A stretch of 64,000 nucleotides of DNA from Octopus bimaculoides (taxonomy: Eukaryota). A program made the position numbers and the translations under genes. Numbering within the stretch: position 1 is the first letter of the stretch; each line of letters opens with the position of its first letter. Positions 1 through 11,299 of this stretch are shown here, piece by piece. The notes under the pieces are model-generated. The model was not told the DNA's origin. It worked only from the letters and a program-made list of their open reading frames with translations, and did not search any database. The DNA lies in contig NC_068984.1 of the NCBI RefSeq assembly GCF_001194135.2, forward strand, positions 60,224,607-60,288,606. The letters are read 5' to 3'.

Positions 1-600
1 CTGATAGGGTAGGGTGGGGTGGGGTATGGTAGGTGGACTCGTTAGCGCATTGGACAAATTGCCTGGAAGTATTTAGTTATGGCCATTTACATTCTGAATA
101 TAAATCCTGTTAAGGTTGATTTTTTTTTTAACCTTTCATCTTTCTAGGGGTGTGGGTGTGGGTGGTCATCAAAATAAATACCAGTAAAGTACTGGGGGGT
201 GAGTGGGGATATGTTGGGGTGGAGTGGAGTGGATAGAGGGTGGTGATGGTGGTCAATACAGTTATCCGTTTTCTCCTTCCTGAAATTTCTCTGTCCTTGT
301 GTCTGTGTAAAAATACACGAAATGATAAAAATCAGGAGGAGGTGTGTGTGTGTGAAAGGGGGAGGGGAAGGGGTTGAGGTGGAGGAGAAAATGTAGAACA
401 AAAACAACTGCAAAAAAAAAATGACACGTTACTATGAAATGTTTTGAGAGGCAATATATGTGTTATTGGTATATCATCATCATCATAGGTGTGTGCGTGT
501 ATGTGTATACACATATATATACCAATCTCACACACACATTTGTTTATCTATCTATACACACAGATGTCCAAACCTGTGCACACACACACACACACACATG

Positions 601-740
601 GTTGACCTTGCCTTTCATCCTTTCAGGGTCGATTAAATAAGCACCAGTTACGCACTGGGGTTGATATAATCGACTTAATCCGTTTTTCTGTCCTTGTTTG
701 TCCCCTCTGTGTGTAGCCCCTTGTGGGTAGTAAAGAAATA
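601..740 (+). mobile_element. SINE family A (tRNA-derived), 3' part
   Basis: Matches the recurrent motif gtcgactttgcctttcatcctttcggggtc...aagtaccagttacgcactgggg...tttgtcccctct...aataaagaaata seen in more than 20 copies in this window. Confidence 0.85.
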
Positions 741-764
741 ACACACGCACACATACAAGTGCAG

Positions 765-910
765 ACATTGGCATGTGAATAAGAAGTATGCTTCTCAACA
801 ACATGCGTTGGGTTCACTCCCACTGCGTGCCACCTTCTACTCTAACCCTGGGCCAACAAAAGTCTTTTAAGTTGATTTGGTAAATGGAACCTGAAAGAAA
901 CCTATCGTGT
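765..910 (+). mobile_element. SINE family B, 5' half (decayed)
   Basis: aagaagtatgcttctcaacaacatgcgttgggttcactcccactgcgtgccacc...ggaacctgaaagaaacc matches the family B head with a B-box-like GGTTCAGTCCC. Confidence 0.8.
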
Positions 911-919
911 GTCATTATT

Positions 920-1067
920 TCCTATATTCTGCTCAAACATGTCTGGCAATGAGAAATATTACCTTATTTGGAAATAGGTGCGAATTGGAGACAGGAAGGG
1001 CATGTGACATAGAAAAATCTGCTCCAGTAAACTCTGTCCAAGCTATGCGAACATGGAAAAATGTACA
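920..1067 (+). mobile_element. RTE-tailed non-autonomous element (family C), 3' end
   Basis: ggagacaggaagggcatg...ccaagctatgcgaacatggaaaaatgtacattaa is a decayed form of the family tail aggaagggcatcc...catgctagcatggaaagcggacgttaaa. Confidence 0.7.
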
Positions 1068-1071
1068 TTAA

Positions 1072-1273
1072 CCGTTTAGCATTTAAACTGGCCATATCCG
1101 GCCCAAATACTCCACATGTTTTATGTTCATGATAGCTAGAACTGGCTTCTCATACCTCCCCTACAATGTCATTTATAAAATTAGTTAATTATCATAGTTA
1201 CTAAACAATGCGAGATTAATTCAAACTGTTGTGAATAAATAAAATTTGATAAAATAATCTGAATGCTAAAGGG
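1072..1273 (+). mobile_element. piggyBac-type MITE (about 200 bp)
   Basis: TTAA at 1068-1071 and 1274-1277. TIRs are ccgtttagcatt / aatgctaaaggg (12 bp, 1 mismatch). Homologous copies at 5268, 21824, 30781, 52956. Confidence 0.85.
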
Positions 1274-1339
1274 TTAAAACAATAATGATAATGTGTGTGT
1301 TTGTGTGTGTGTATATATATATACAAACCATTTGTGATG

Positions 1340-1515
1340 ACAAAAGAGGTAGACTTCAATATCATTGGGAATGGAGGATTATATTTATGAAATGATGCAA
1401 GTATGGAAACTTCTATCAAGATTTTAAGTTTCTGGACATCGGTAGTGTTAAGTGTACTGGACTTGAACCACCTGAAGATGTGGAACAATCATTGAAATGT
1501 TGACACTGAAACTTA
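1340..1515 (+). mobile_element. Decayed Penelope-like element 3' end / pLTR remnant
   Basis: Frameshifted ...DFNIIGNGGLYL / MMQVWKLLSRF* resembles a GIY-YIG C-terminus. It is followed by cctgaagatg..ca ttgaaatgttg, a CpG-decayed version of CTGAAGA..CGAAACGTT. Confidence 0.45.
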
Positions 1516-1548
1516 AAGTTCTGCATATAAGTCTCCATACCTGTATCC

Positions 1549-1553
<5 letters not shown>

Positions 1554-1623
<70 letters not shown>

Positions 1624-1637
1624 TACACATACATACA

Positions 1638-1675
<38 letters not shown>

Positions 1676-1690
1676 TATATGTGTATATAC
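1554..1690. repeat. (TA)n microsatellite block
   Basis: Direct observation. Similar large (TA)n/(CA)n/(GA)n blocks at 16846-17300, 17990-18090, 18980-19034, 33680-33820, 39440-39535, 46760-46900, 49120-49290, 50570-50830. Confidence 0.97.
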
Positions 1691-2338
1691 ATACGTATGC
1701 ATAGTGGGTATGTTGAACTCAGTTCTATTCTATGATAGAGAGAAACCAATACAGTTTAATTGTGGAGTAAGAATTTCATTGAAGTAATTGGACAGTTAAA
1801 TGCTTCATTTTAACCAATGGTTTCATCTCAGTTGAGAATCTTCAAAAATATTTCTCTTTCTGTCTGTTTTTCTATTTGTGTGTGTGTGTGTGTGTGTATA
1901 TACTGTGTGTGTGTGTGTATATACTGTGTGTGTGTGTGTGTATTATGTGTGTGTGTATATTATGTGTGTGTGTTACTGCATTGAACTAAAGTATCTTGAT
2001 AATATCATAGTCGCTATTGTCATTTATACTATTATATTCATGTTTGTTTTATTCTGTAAGAGCATTATAGACTATTAAGCATCAAAGAATACAGTGTAAT
2101 AGTGTCAGTGACCAGGTTGTAGATGTATGACAATATCTTTTGACACTTGATACAATATAATATTATTACAAAAGAAAACAGAAATGAGCATAACAGTATA
2201 TGTGTGTGTTTTAAATGGTGATCATGATACTTCTATTGTGTAATTGTTCTGTTATTATTTATTCTTTGTCCCTTTGTGGCATGCAGTATCCATTTTCACA
2301 CTGTATGTGAGCTGGTATTCCTAATTTTGTTTTATCAC

Positions 2339-2375
2339 CTTTAAATTTTCAGGAGTTAAGTTTCCCTGTTGTAAG
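2339..2375 (-). CDS. Candidate internal exon, unknown gene (LQQGNLTPENLK)
   Basis: Acceptor gcatttgtgttag, donor AAG|gtgata. Only one open frame, and it is phase-compatible with the 3175-3218 candidate. Confidence 0.3.
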
Positions 2376-2507
2376 CTAACACAAATGCTAGCAGAGTTAT
2401 TTCTTTTTACACCAACCTATCCAGGATTGCCCCTTGTTCTTATGATACAAACTTCTTGTTTTTAAGTGACCTAAATTAAAAACCCCTTCAGAATTCTGGG
2501 GGCAAGG

Positions 2508-2850
2508 AAGGAGTATCAAAAAGTTCCTAGACTAGTTCTGTAGTGCACCAACAGATGGCAGCACATGGTTGCATGCACAGTGAGAGCTAGTAGTGACCTT
2601 CATGAGGCAGTGTGCCAAGTGACATCACTGTGTTTACTTTGCAAATTGTGGAATTTGTGCTTCTGTGATCACATGTATGCTGTAGCCTGTGATTTCGTCA
2701 TGGACAGGAAGCTGAAAGAAAAAAGCCAACATGAAATTTTGAGTTAAACTTGGGAAGTCTGCTACAGAGACATTGAGCATGTTTCAGCAAGCTTACAATG
2801 ACAAGGCGATGAGTCGTACACAGTGCTTCAAGTTGCATGGGTGCTTCAAT
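2508..2850 (+). mobile_element. mariner-like transposon 5' fragment
   Basis: TIR-like gagtatcaaaaagttcctagactag. Frameshifted N-terminal HTH KLGKSATETLSMFQQAYNDKAMSRTQCFKLHGCF is typical of mariner transposases. Confidence 0.85.
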
Positions 2851-3174
2851 TTTTGGCACAAGGCCAGCAATTTTGGAGAAGGAGGTAAATTGATCACATT
2901 GGCCTCAGTAGAAATATAATAACAAATTGGTTATATATGAAGTTCATCAGCTATACTAATCTTCTGTGTCAGCTGAAGAGATTACTGCAGTCGGCAATGT
3001 TCTTCCTTTTTCTATGCTGTTAACCCAAATTATATTTAATGTATCTTTTCAACCAGATCTAAAGTAAAGCTGAGTCACAGGGATGTCCAGGTTTATCTCT
3101 ACTTTCTCCTTGGTCTAGAGGAGATGATTTAAAAGCCTAAAAGAATCTCCCTGTCCACAATAATACAAACTTAC

Positions 3175-3218
3175 AGGAAAATTGAACCAACAGAAGCATC
3201 TCTTTCCAATTTAGTCTC
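3175..3218 (-). CDS. Candidate internal exon, unknown gene (ETKLERDASVGSIF)
   Basis: Acceptor attaaattctag, donor CCT|gtaagt. 44 nt, phase 0 to 2. Confidence 0.35.
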
Positions 3219-4149
3219 CTAGAATTTAATTGTTCAGTTACTTGTTTTAGTCACTTAACTGTAACCATGTTGGAACCCTGCTGTGAAAAGTTGTGGTCAA
3301 TCATATCCACCCTAGTACTTATTTTCTAAGTCTGCTACCTATTTTAGCCTCCTCATTTTGTTGCATTGCTAATTGCTAAGATATATGGCATACAGACATT
3401 GAATCTTTCAAATGGTGTTAATGCAAAGTCAGTCATAGAGACAAACAATAACTTTATTTGCCATCAACTAACTTCATTTGCAACTCATTCATTGACTTGA
3501 CTCTACAGTAGAAGATTCTTTCCCAAGTTGTCATGCAGTTATAGCAAACCAAAACCAAGATCATAAGGTTGCCCAGTGAAATTCTTAACCACATCACTAT
3601 ACCTAGGCCTAAATAGCAAACAAATCACATCCTGTCATCTTAAAAAAAAGCAAGAACCCATTAGATAATGTTGTCCTAGATATACTATATCTGAATCAGA
3701 ATCACCTGTCCAACAAAACGGGATGGTCCTGGTTGGTATGATCAATGTAGATCTCAACAAGAATTTATTAGAAATATTTGGGCATCTTATTCAATTACAG
3801 TTTAAAGAATTTTTTTTGTTTTCTCTTTGATTCAGTCTCGACCTACTCTAGTTTTAGTCTTAAAAAACATTTCAGTTGCATCAGTTTGACATTTCAAGCA
3901 AAAGACAACTACAATGAAAAATGGGAAAAAAATAATTGTAGAAGGAAGTTATAAAAAAAAAAGGAAAAAAGAACAAAAACAAATTTAAATAAAATATGGT
4001 AATTTGGTTGAAGCATTGTTAAATAAATGTAAGGAGATATATTATAGTGCAAATCCAAAACAATGTTAGAAAATGAATAAAAGAAATTTTATTTGATATT
4101 TCAGTTATAAAAGGCCCTAATCACGAATACAATATCATTGGGAAACAAA

Positions 4150-4400
4150 CTGTAATAATAGACAGCACAAAAGAAAAGAAAGCTATTATGACATACACTG
4201 AGTTGTAAACATCAAGTTCAAATCAACCAATGAAAGTTACACAGCTTTTGGTTGATATTAAGTTCTGTTTTATGGCGTTTGATGAAGATAACCTCTTGAA
4301 TTCTTAGATTGCTGATATTTCTGTCAGCAGCTTTGATCATGACTGTGACCTTAATGACAGTTAAGACATTTCTTCAAGTGTTTTATTTTTCCTTTTTATT
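4150..4400 (-). mobile_element. Penelope-like GIY-YIG endonuclease C-terminal fragment
   Basis: Minus frame reads IKVTVMIKAADRNISNLRIQEVIFIKRHKTELNINQKL, fitting the L.I.E..FIK...PELN pattern at the end of PLE endonucleases. Confidence 0.6.
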
Positions 4401-4867
4401 GATGATGATGATGATGATAACGATGATGCGTTCATATATGTGTTTCCTTGATGCAAACGTGTTGTAGACAAATCATAATCTGATGGCTTAGTTTCATGTA
4501 GGAAGATTTATGAAAGGGGCTGCCCTTGTTGACTGCCAGCTCACTGGTGGTTGACAAGGCTAATATAGGACAAGCAGGCCCTGCCACAATGGCTGTAAGG
4601 GAAAAAGTCAGAGGCGGAAAAGCAATGCCCATGACTTTTTGTTCCAACTCCTCTGAAACTGACAAAGGGAAAGAAAAGAAACTGCAGCTTAATGTGTTCT
4701 GTATTAGGAAACAAGGCATTGATATTCTAAGTTACCCACAACTGCAAGCCTTGTCCACATGCTTGAAACCAAGTGAACTCTGCTAAAATCATTAGGGGAC
4801 AATGTGGTGGTGTTCAGCTATATGATAAATTAAGAAGTCTCTGAAGAATTGTTTTTTCCTTTGCTAG

Positions 4868-5253
4868 TGACTGCGTGGTAAGTAGCTTGCTTACCAACCA
4901 CATGGTTCCGGGTTCATTCCCACTGCGTGGCACCTTGGGCAAGTGTCTTCTACTATAGCCTCAGGCCGACCAAAGCCTTGTGAGTGGATTTTCTAGACGG
5001 AAACTGAAAGAAGCCCATCGTATATATGTATATATATATATATGTATGTGTATATGNNNNNNNNNNAACATCGCTTGACAACTGATGCTGGTGTGTTTAT
5101 GTCCCTGTAACATTAGCGGTTCGGCAAAAGAGACCGATAGAATAAGTACTAGGCATCCAAAGAATAAGTCCTGGGGTCGATTTGCTCGACTAAAGGTGGT
5201 GCTCCAGCATGGCCACAGTCAAATGACTGAAACAAGTAAAAGAGTAAAGAGTA
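4868..5253 (+). mobile_element. SINE family B, near full length with internal microsatellite/gap
   Basis: Head tgcgtggtaagtagcttgcttaccaaccacatggttccgggttcattcccactgcg, central (TA/TG)n, tail cagtcaaatgactgaaacaagtaaaagagtaaagag. Further copies at about 14020-14390(+), 18750-18980 and 20080-20215(-), 29470-29960(-), 29965-30330(+), 34495-35830(+, interrupted), 42945-43385(-), 49540-49865(-), 53535-53875(-), 60360-60672(-), 63320-63450(-), 63805-63970(+). Confidence 0.9.
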
Positions 5254-5267
5254 ATCAGAATTGTTAA

Positions 5268-5479
5268 CCTATTAGCATTTAAACTGACCATACCCAGCCC
5301 AAATTTGCTACATGTTCTTACTAGCCAGATCCAGCCTGTCACACTTACCCTTCAATGCTACTATAACATTTACAGTAACATCATCAAAATTTCGAAACTT
5401 CAAAATAATGTATGATTAATTAAAAACAATGTGAATGAAAAAGCATTAAATTTGACAAAATAACCCGAATGCTAAAGGG
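5268..5479 (+). mobile_element. piggyBac-type MITE copy
   Basis: ttaa cctattagcatt ... aatgctaaaggg tcaa. Internal sequence is homologous to 1072-1273. Confidence 0.8.
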
Positions 5480-5639
5480 TCAAGCTAGTATGTAGAGATT
5501 GTTTGAATCAAGTGTCTGCTCATTCAACAGGTATTTTCTAAATTCTAGAGGGAAGCTCCACCCTTTCCTGTAGATTACATATCAAATTGTGATGATCATG
5601 TAATATCTTTGCAAAATAAGTCTTATGGGTGGACCTTTA

Positions 5640-6050
5640 TCATCATCATCATCATCATCACCATTTAATGCCTGTTGTGCATGCTAGCATGGCTTGGATG
5701 GTGTGATGGTGTGCAGCCCCACTGGCAAGCTGATGGGGGATGCACCAGACTCCAGTCTGATTTTAGCATGGTTTCTACTGTTGGATGCCCTTCCTAACAC
5801 CAACCACTTTACAGAGTGTGATGAGTGCTTTTACATGGCACCACATGGGTGCGTTTATGTGGCACTGCACAGGTGCTTTTATGTGATACCACATGGATGC
5901 CAGTATGTAATGCCACATGAACACTTTCATGTGATGCCGCATGGATGCTTTTACAGACCGAAAATTGTACCAAGCTTCGCTGTCTGTTTTGGCTAGATTT
6001 TTTTAGCTGGATGCCCTTCCTAACACCAACGACCTTACAGAGTGGACAGG
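5640..6050 (-). mobile_element. RTE-tailed element family C with internal ~22-bp minisatellite
   Basis: (CAT)n tail then ttaatgcctgttgtgcatgctagcatgg and ggatgcccttcctaacaccaacc twice. Degenerate tgcttttacatggcaccacatgg repeats at 5825-5955. Other copies at 25050-25220, 31330-31510, 33815-34260, 49870-50110, 59450-59790, 61430-61790. Confidence 0.8.
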
Positions 6051-6449
6051 TATATCTAATAATATTTTGTCTAATGTAGCCTTTCCTTTTTTGAAGTGAG
6101 TAGGGTGTGACTTGAGGAATATTTAACAGCTATTTATAACAGATATAGCAACATTGTACAGACTGTTTTATTGGCTGGTCATCTTTGACTCAACTTCTCT
6201 TGTTTTGCTTTATTTAAACTTCACCTCTCAGTGCACTTAGCTTCTAGGTTGTACTTTATTTGTTCATTATCAATATCATTTTGTTTAACATTTGTTTTTG
6301 TTTTTTGTGTGAGTTCTTATCAGTTTATAGATTTTAAAACTAAGCATCAGTCACATTAATCTCATCATTCTGGAAATATAAACAAAGACCAAGGTCAGAT
6401 CTCTGTTCTTCAGTGAGACTCATTCAGGTTACTTTGTAATAATGCTTTC

Positions 6450-7140
6450 AAATTTTGGTGCAAAGCCAACAGTTTCATAGGGGAAGGGGACAGTTGGTTA
6501 CATTGACCCCAGTCCTCAACGTGAACTTATTCTATCAACTCTGAAAGAATGAAAGTCAACATTTACCTCCGGAGCATTTGAACTCAGAACAGAAACCCAA
6601 AAGAAATACTGCTAAGTGTTTTGTCTGGTCTTCTAACAATTCTGCCAGCTTGCTTCCTTCCAACACTTTATGATAACCCTTTCATTTTGGTACAAGGCCA
6701 TCAAATTTAATGGGTGGGTAAGTTGATTACATTGACCCCAATGTTCAACTGGTACTTATTTTGTTGACCCTGAAAGGATGAAAGACAAAACTGATCTCGG
6801 TGGAATTTGATCTTGGAATATAAAGCTGATAAGTATTCTATCTAGTCTGCTAACATTTCTGCCAACTTGCTGCCTTAGCTCACTTTCTAATAATGGATTC
6901 AAATTTTGGCACAATGCTAGCAATTGTGGAGGAAGACAGGGGTAAATCAATNNNNNNNNNNNNNNNNNNNNNNNNNNNNNNNNNNNNNNNNNNNNNNNNN
7001 NGGTACTTATTTTATCAACTCTGAAAGGATGAAAGGCAAAGTTGACCTCAGCAAAGTTTGAACTTAGAGTGTAAAGACAGATGCTAAGCATTTTGCCCAG
7101 CATGCTAATGGTTCTGCTGCCAACTTGCTACCTTGGATCA
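6450..7140 (-). mobile_element. Cluster of three head-to-tail SINE family A copies
   Basis: Three successive ggtacttattttatcaacc/ctgaaaggatgaaag...gttgacc...ctgcca units in the same orientation, one spanning a 50-N gap. A plus-strand copy follows at 7280-7455. Confidence 0.8.
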
Positions 7141-8428
7141 CTTAGAATAACACTCTAATTTCTGTTGCTTTCATTGGTTTATGACAGATTGATTTTTCGT
7201 GTGTTTTCAGTTCTTTTCATTTATTTTCAGTGTTTATTCTTTGTACGAGTTATTCTGAGATCCATTCATTGTTTACTGTTAATTTAATCTGAGTTCAAAT
7301 TCCATCGAGGTCGACTTTGCCTTTCATCCTTTCGGGGATCAATTAAGTAAGTACCAGTTACGCACTGGGGGGTTGATGTAATTGACTTAATCCCTTTGTC
7401 TGTCCTTGTTTGTCCCCCTCTATGTTTAGCCCCCCTGTGGGCAATAAAGAAATAAATCTGTATACATTTACTACGTTTTTGACAATGAACCAGCAGATTT
7501 GGATAACATGCCTTTGCAGCATTTGTTTTGGCTGTTTTACTTTCTGAGTGGAAATCTCACCAAGATTAACTTTGCTTTACATGCTTCTGGGGTCAATAAA
7601 ATAAAGTACAACTCAAGTACTGGGATGCAGCAGACACACACACACACACACATGCTTGTGCACATGCACACATACACACACACACTTTCTGTCTGTTTCT
7701 CTATTTCTATTCAGGTCTGTGTGTATGTGTGTCTATTTGTCTGTCTGTGTGTCTGTCTGCCTGCATATCTGTGTGTCTGTGTGTCAGCATGTCAGTCTGT
7801 TTGCATGTGCGTCTGTCTGCGTGTATCTGTCTATCTGCATGCGTGTGTGTGTGTGTGTCTGTATGTGTGTCTGCCTTTCTGCATATGCGTCTGTCTCTCT
7901 GCATGTATCTGTTTGCATGTCTGTCACTTTTGCCTCTCTGCGTCTCTGTCTGTCTGTCTGTCTGTCTCCCTTTCTCTCCCTGTCTCTCTCTCTGTCTCCA
8001 AGAAATGGAAGGGCTAAGAGGATGTCCATGTTTGCAACAACTTGGGCCACCTAGAAAAACATTTCACAGAAGACACAGAACATGCTGACATCAAGTCACA
8101 TCAAGTCGCACTCATTTATGAGTGACAGCTGTATTACATTTGCTAATGTATTTCAGTTTAGATGCCACCTTACATTTTTGTTTGCCTTCTCTATACCTCA
8201 GTCATTGCTTATATGACGCTAGTGTGCAATAGTTATATTATCACTGTGTAGTAATATGTGTGTAACATTTCTATATGTTGTTCTTTGATCCAGCTTTTCC
8301 ATATTACATGTTTGTTTCTATCACATGTTGTTATTTGTTATTGTAAACAGCACGTTTTGTGCATAATAAAGGCAAGGAAGATATAAAATAAATTGTTAAT
8401 TTTGCTTTTGGAAGTGAAGATGGTTATT

Positions 8429-8463
<35 letters not shown>

Positions 8464-8564
8464 TTTCTTCGTCTTCTTATAGCATTTCAGCATTCAGCCC
8501 AGAGATAAGATTTGAGATTTTTCTGTGATGCTATATTCAGCCTCAGGGGATCTCTTTCCTCCTC

Positions 8565-9210
8565 GTCCTCCTCATTATTGTTGTTGTCATTGCTGTTGTC
8601 GTCATCGTCGTCATTGTCGTCATCGTCATCGTTGTTGTCATCGTCGTCGTTATTGTCATTGTCGTCGTTATTGTTGTTATCGTTGTCAACGTCCTCCTCC
8701 TCGTCCTCCTCCTCGTCCTCCTCCTCGTCCTCCTCCTCGTCCTCCTCCTCGTCCTCCTCCTCGTCCTCCTCCTCGTCCTCCTCCTCGTCGTCCTCCTCGT
8801 CCTCCTCCTCGTCGTCCTCNNNNNNNNNNNNNNNNNNNNNNNNNNNNNNNNNNNNNNNNNNNNNNNNNNNNNNNNNNNNNNNNNNNNNNNNNNNNNNNNN
8901 NNNNNNNNNNNNNNNNNNNNNNNNNNNNNNNNNNNNNNNNNNNNNNNNNNNNNNNNNNNNNNNNNNNNNNNNNNNNNNNNNNNNNNNNNNNNNNNNNNNN
9001 NNNNNNNNNNNNNNNNNNNTCGTCCTCCTCCTCGTCGTCCTCCTCGTCGTCCTCCTCCTCGTCCTCCTCCTCGTCCTCCTCCTCGTCCTCCTCCTCGTCC
9101 TCCTCCTCGTCCTCTTCCTCCTCCCCTCCTCCCCTGCTGCCACCATAGCCATTGTTGTCACCACTACTGCCGCCACCACTACCGCCACCACCACTACCAC
9201 CACAGTGATG
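8565..9210. repeat. Compound trinucleotide / 9-bp (TCCTCGTCC)n microsatellite with gap
   Basis: (TCG/TTG/TCA) mixed tract, then near-perfect TCCTCCTCG repeats on both sides of a 200-N gap, then (CCA)n. Confidence 0.95.
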
Positions 9211-9785
9211 ATGATGATGATACTGATGATTTCAACAGTTTTATGTGTTTTTACGATGCCCTCAGTGTTCCTTAAGGTATATGCAACATAGTCTTTTATC
9301 GGTGCAGAATTGCGATTTGTTATGTTGCATTTATTGTGCTTTATTATGATGTTCGTTTTGAGGATGTTTTCCAGTGTTATTTTAGTGTTACTTTGTTGGT
9401 TGGCTGGTTAGCTGGTTGGTTCGTTGGTTAGTGGTTGTGTTTCATTTGTGCAGTCTCGGATGTGTTATGTGATATGCAGTTTCTAATGCTGGTTGGTGAT
9501 TGATGTAGAGTTTATACCATGTGGTTTGTGTTATATTGCTGTATTAGAATTTATGAGTTGTTAATGACATAAGGGATGTGTTATTGTATTGGTTGCCAAT
9601 TATGTAAGAGTCTGTGTATAATGTTATAATGTTATAATATTGCTACATCGTTTCTTGTCGCTACACTGCTGGTAAAAATATTTGTTAATCATGTACATAC
9701 CTTCTTTTAATAGTGGACTATTATATCGTGAAAGTCTTGTTAGTTACTATGGTGACAACAGTCTACCTACCTACCTATCTATCTG

Positions 9786-9821
<36 letters not shown>

Positions 9822-10033
9822 CAGGGTGTCCACAAAGTCTGGGTACAGGGAGTAAATAAAATCATAACATAAACAATTAAATATTAGAAATAATAATTTC
9901 TTAAAGTATGTGTTAATCCCCATGTGGGTACAATGAGTAAATAAAATCATAACATAAACAATTAAATATAAGAAATAATAATTTCTTAAAGTATGTGTTA
10001 ATCCCCATGTACCCAAACTTTGTGGACACCCTG
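9822..10033. mobile_element. Tc1/mariner-type MITE
   Basis: 26-bp TIRs cagggtgtccacaaagtctgggtaca / tgtacccaaactttgtggacaccctg (1 mismatch). TA at both ends, inserted in (CTAT)n. Confidence 0.92.
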
Positions 10034-10534
10034 TATCTATCTATCGATCATGCTTTCTCTGTCACTCACATACTGTATATCTCTCTCAACAACAATAGCC
10101 TGTTTTTTTTTCTTGAAACAAAAATTTAATTCTATCTTTTACACACACACTCACACATACACACACTCTGTCTCTCTCTCATTGAATTTCTTTCTCAACA
10201 ACATCAACAGTGACAATAACAACCTGTCATTACAGTGAAAGTTTTTTTTTTTCAAAGTATGTATTGCAGTTGTCTCTATATTTAAAGGCATACAAAAAAA
10301 AAACAAAACAAACATGTACATACACACACATACGCCCCCCCACACACATACACTATATTGTTACTATATTGTTATATAATGAATGTCTGTTTTGTCTTTT
10401 TGAGGCTGTGTTGCATTGTATATCATTGGATGGTGACTGAGGAGAGAATGTGTTGTGTAAGTTGTGTAGAGAGTGAGTTATGCTGCTGAATTGTGTTGTG
10501 TGGAGGATGAAGCTTGTATCTAGCAGTGCTAGCT

Positions 10535-10915
10535 TTGTCATGATTCATGTAGCAGCCTGAATGCTGAGCTTTTTTTTACAATGTGAGTGTTGACTTCATC
10601 ATCAACGTTCATAAATCTAGAGAGTGTGCTGCTGAGGTACAAGAACTTATCAACAACTTTCAGTGTTCCCCCTTTGACTGTGATAGTTGGTTCCACATAC
10701 TGCTTTTGCAGAGCAGATTGGTGCATGACCCCTGTCTTCTGAGTATGGATTGTGAGGTCAATGTTGTTGCAGGCTGTGGAAAAACTTCTTGCCTTCATTC
10801 CCTGCAGACCACCAGTGCCTGATCTGCAGCATAACCTTCCGAGCACACATTGGCTTGATCAGCCACAGCCTGACATACTGTAACCTGTCTTCTTTTTCCA
10901 TGTGATGTCCTGGTC
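10535..10915 (-). mobile_element. RTE/BovB-like LINE reverse transcriptase fragment (decayed)
   Basis: ORF text FSTACNNIDLTIHTQKTGVMHQ...YVEPTITVKGGTLKVVDKFLYLSSTLSR..VDDEVNTHIVKKSSAF matches BovB-type RT domains 6-7 and thumb. Confidence 0.9.
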
Positions 10916-11019
10916 ATTGTCAACAATGAGGGACAAACATCATTATTATCATTATTATTATTATTATTATTATCATTCTTATTATTATTATTATTATTAT
11001 TATTATGATTATCATTATT

Positions 11020-11215
11020 AGCGCACTGGATGAAATTTTAGCCATATTTTGCCTGTTTCTACATTCTGACTTTAAATTCTGCCAAGGTTGACTTTGCCTT
11101 TTATCCTTTCAGGCTCGATAAAATAAGTACCAGTTGAACACTGGGGTCAGTGTAATCGACTCATCCCCACCTCCCCCAAGCTGGCCATGTGGCAAAAATT
11201 TGAAATAACAATAAT
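11020..11215 (+). mobile_element. SINE family A copy
   Basis: ctgactttaaattctgccaaggttgactttgccttttatcctttcaggctcgataaaataagtaccagttgaacactgggg. Other copies at 14530-14750, 24060-24270, 25315-25540, 33180-33360, 40200-40300 (+) and 30350-30460, 31140-31260, 44210-44710 (-). Confidence 0.85.
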
Positions 11216-11299
11216 AATAAATATTATTATTATTCTTTTTATCTCAGGTTTTGTTGTAACTCTTGGAATCTTGCATTTATAGCAGGCTTGTTGACTGCA

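Noticed and set aside
1326-1474. Minus-strand exon candidate WFKSSTLNTTDVQKLKILIEV... and a plus-strand frame with in-frame TGA (possible selenocysteine)
   Set aside because: Better explained as a decayed Penelope-like 3' end. The context matches no selenoprotein motif I know and no SECIS was identified.
4460-4790. Overlapping 86-aa and 95-aa ORFs in a higher-GC stretch
   Set aside because: No domain or splice support. It loosely resembles retroelement 5' sequence.
8487-9291. Long ORFs (238, 259, 207 aa) including an acidic E/D/N-rich frame
   Set aside because: All frames are open because the region is stop-free trinucleotide repeat plus a 200-N gap. There are no splice signals or recognisable domain.
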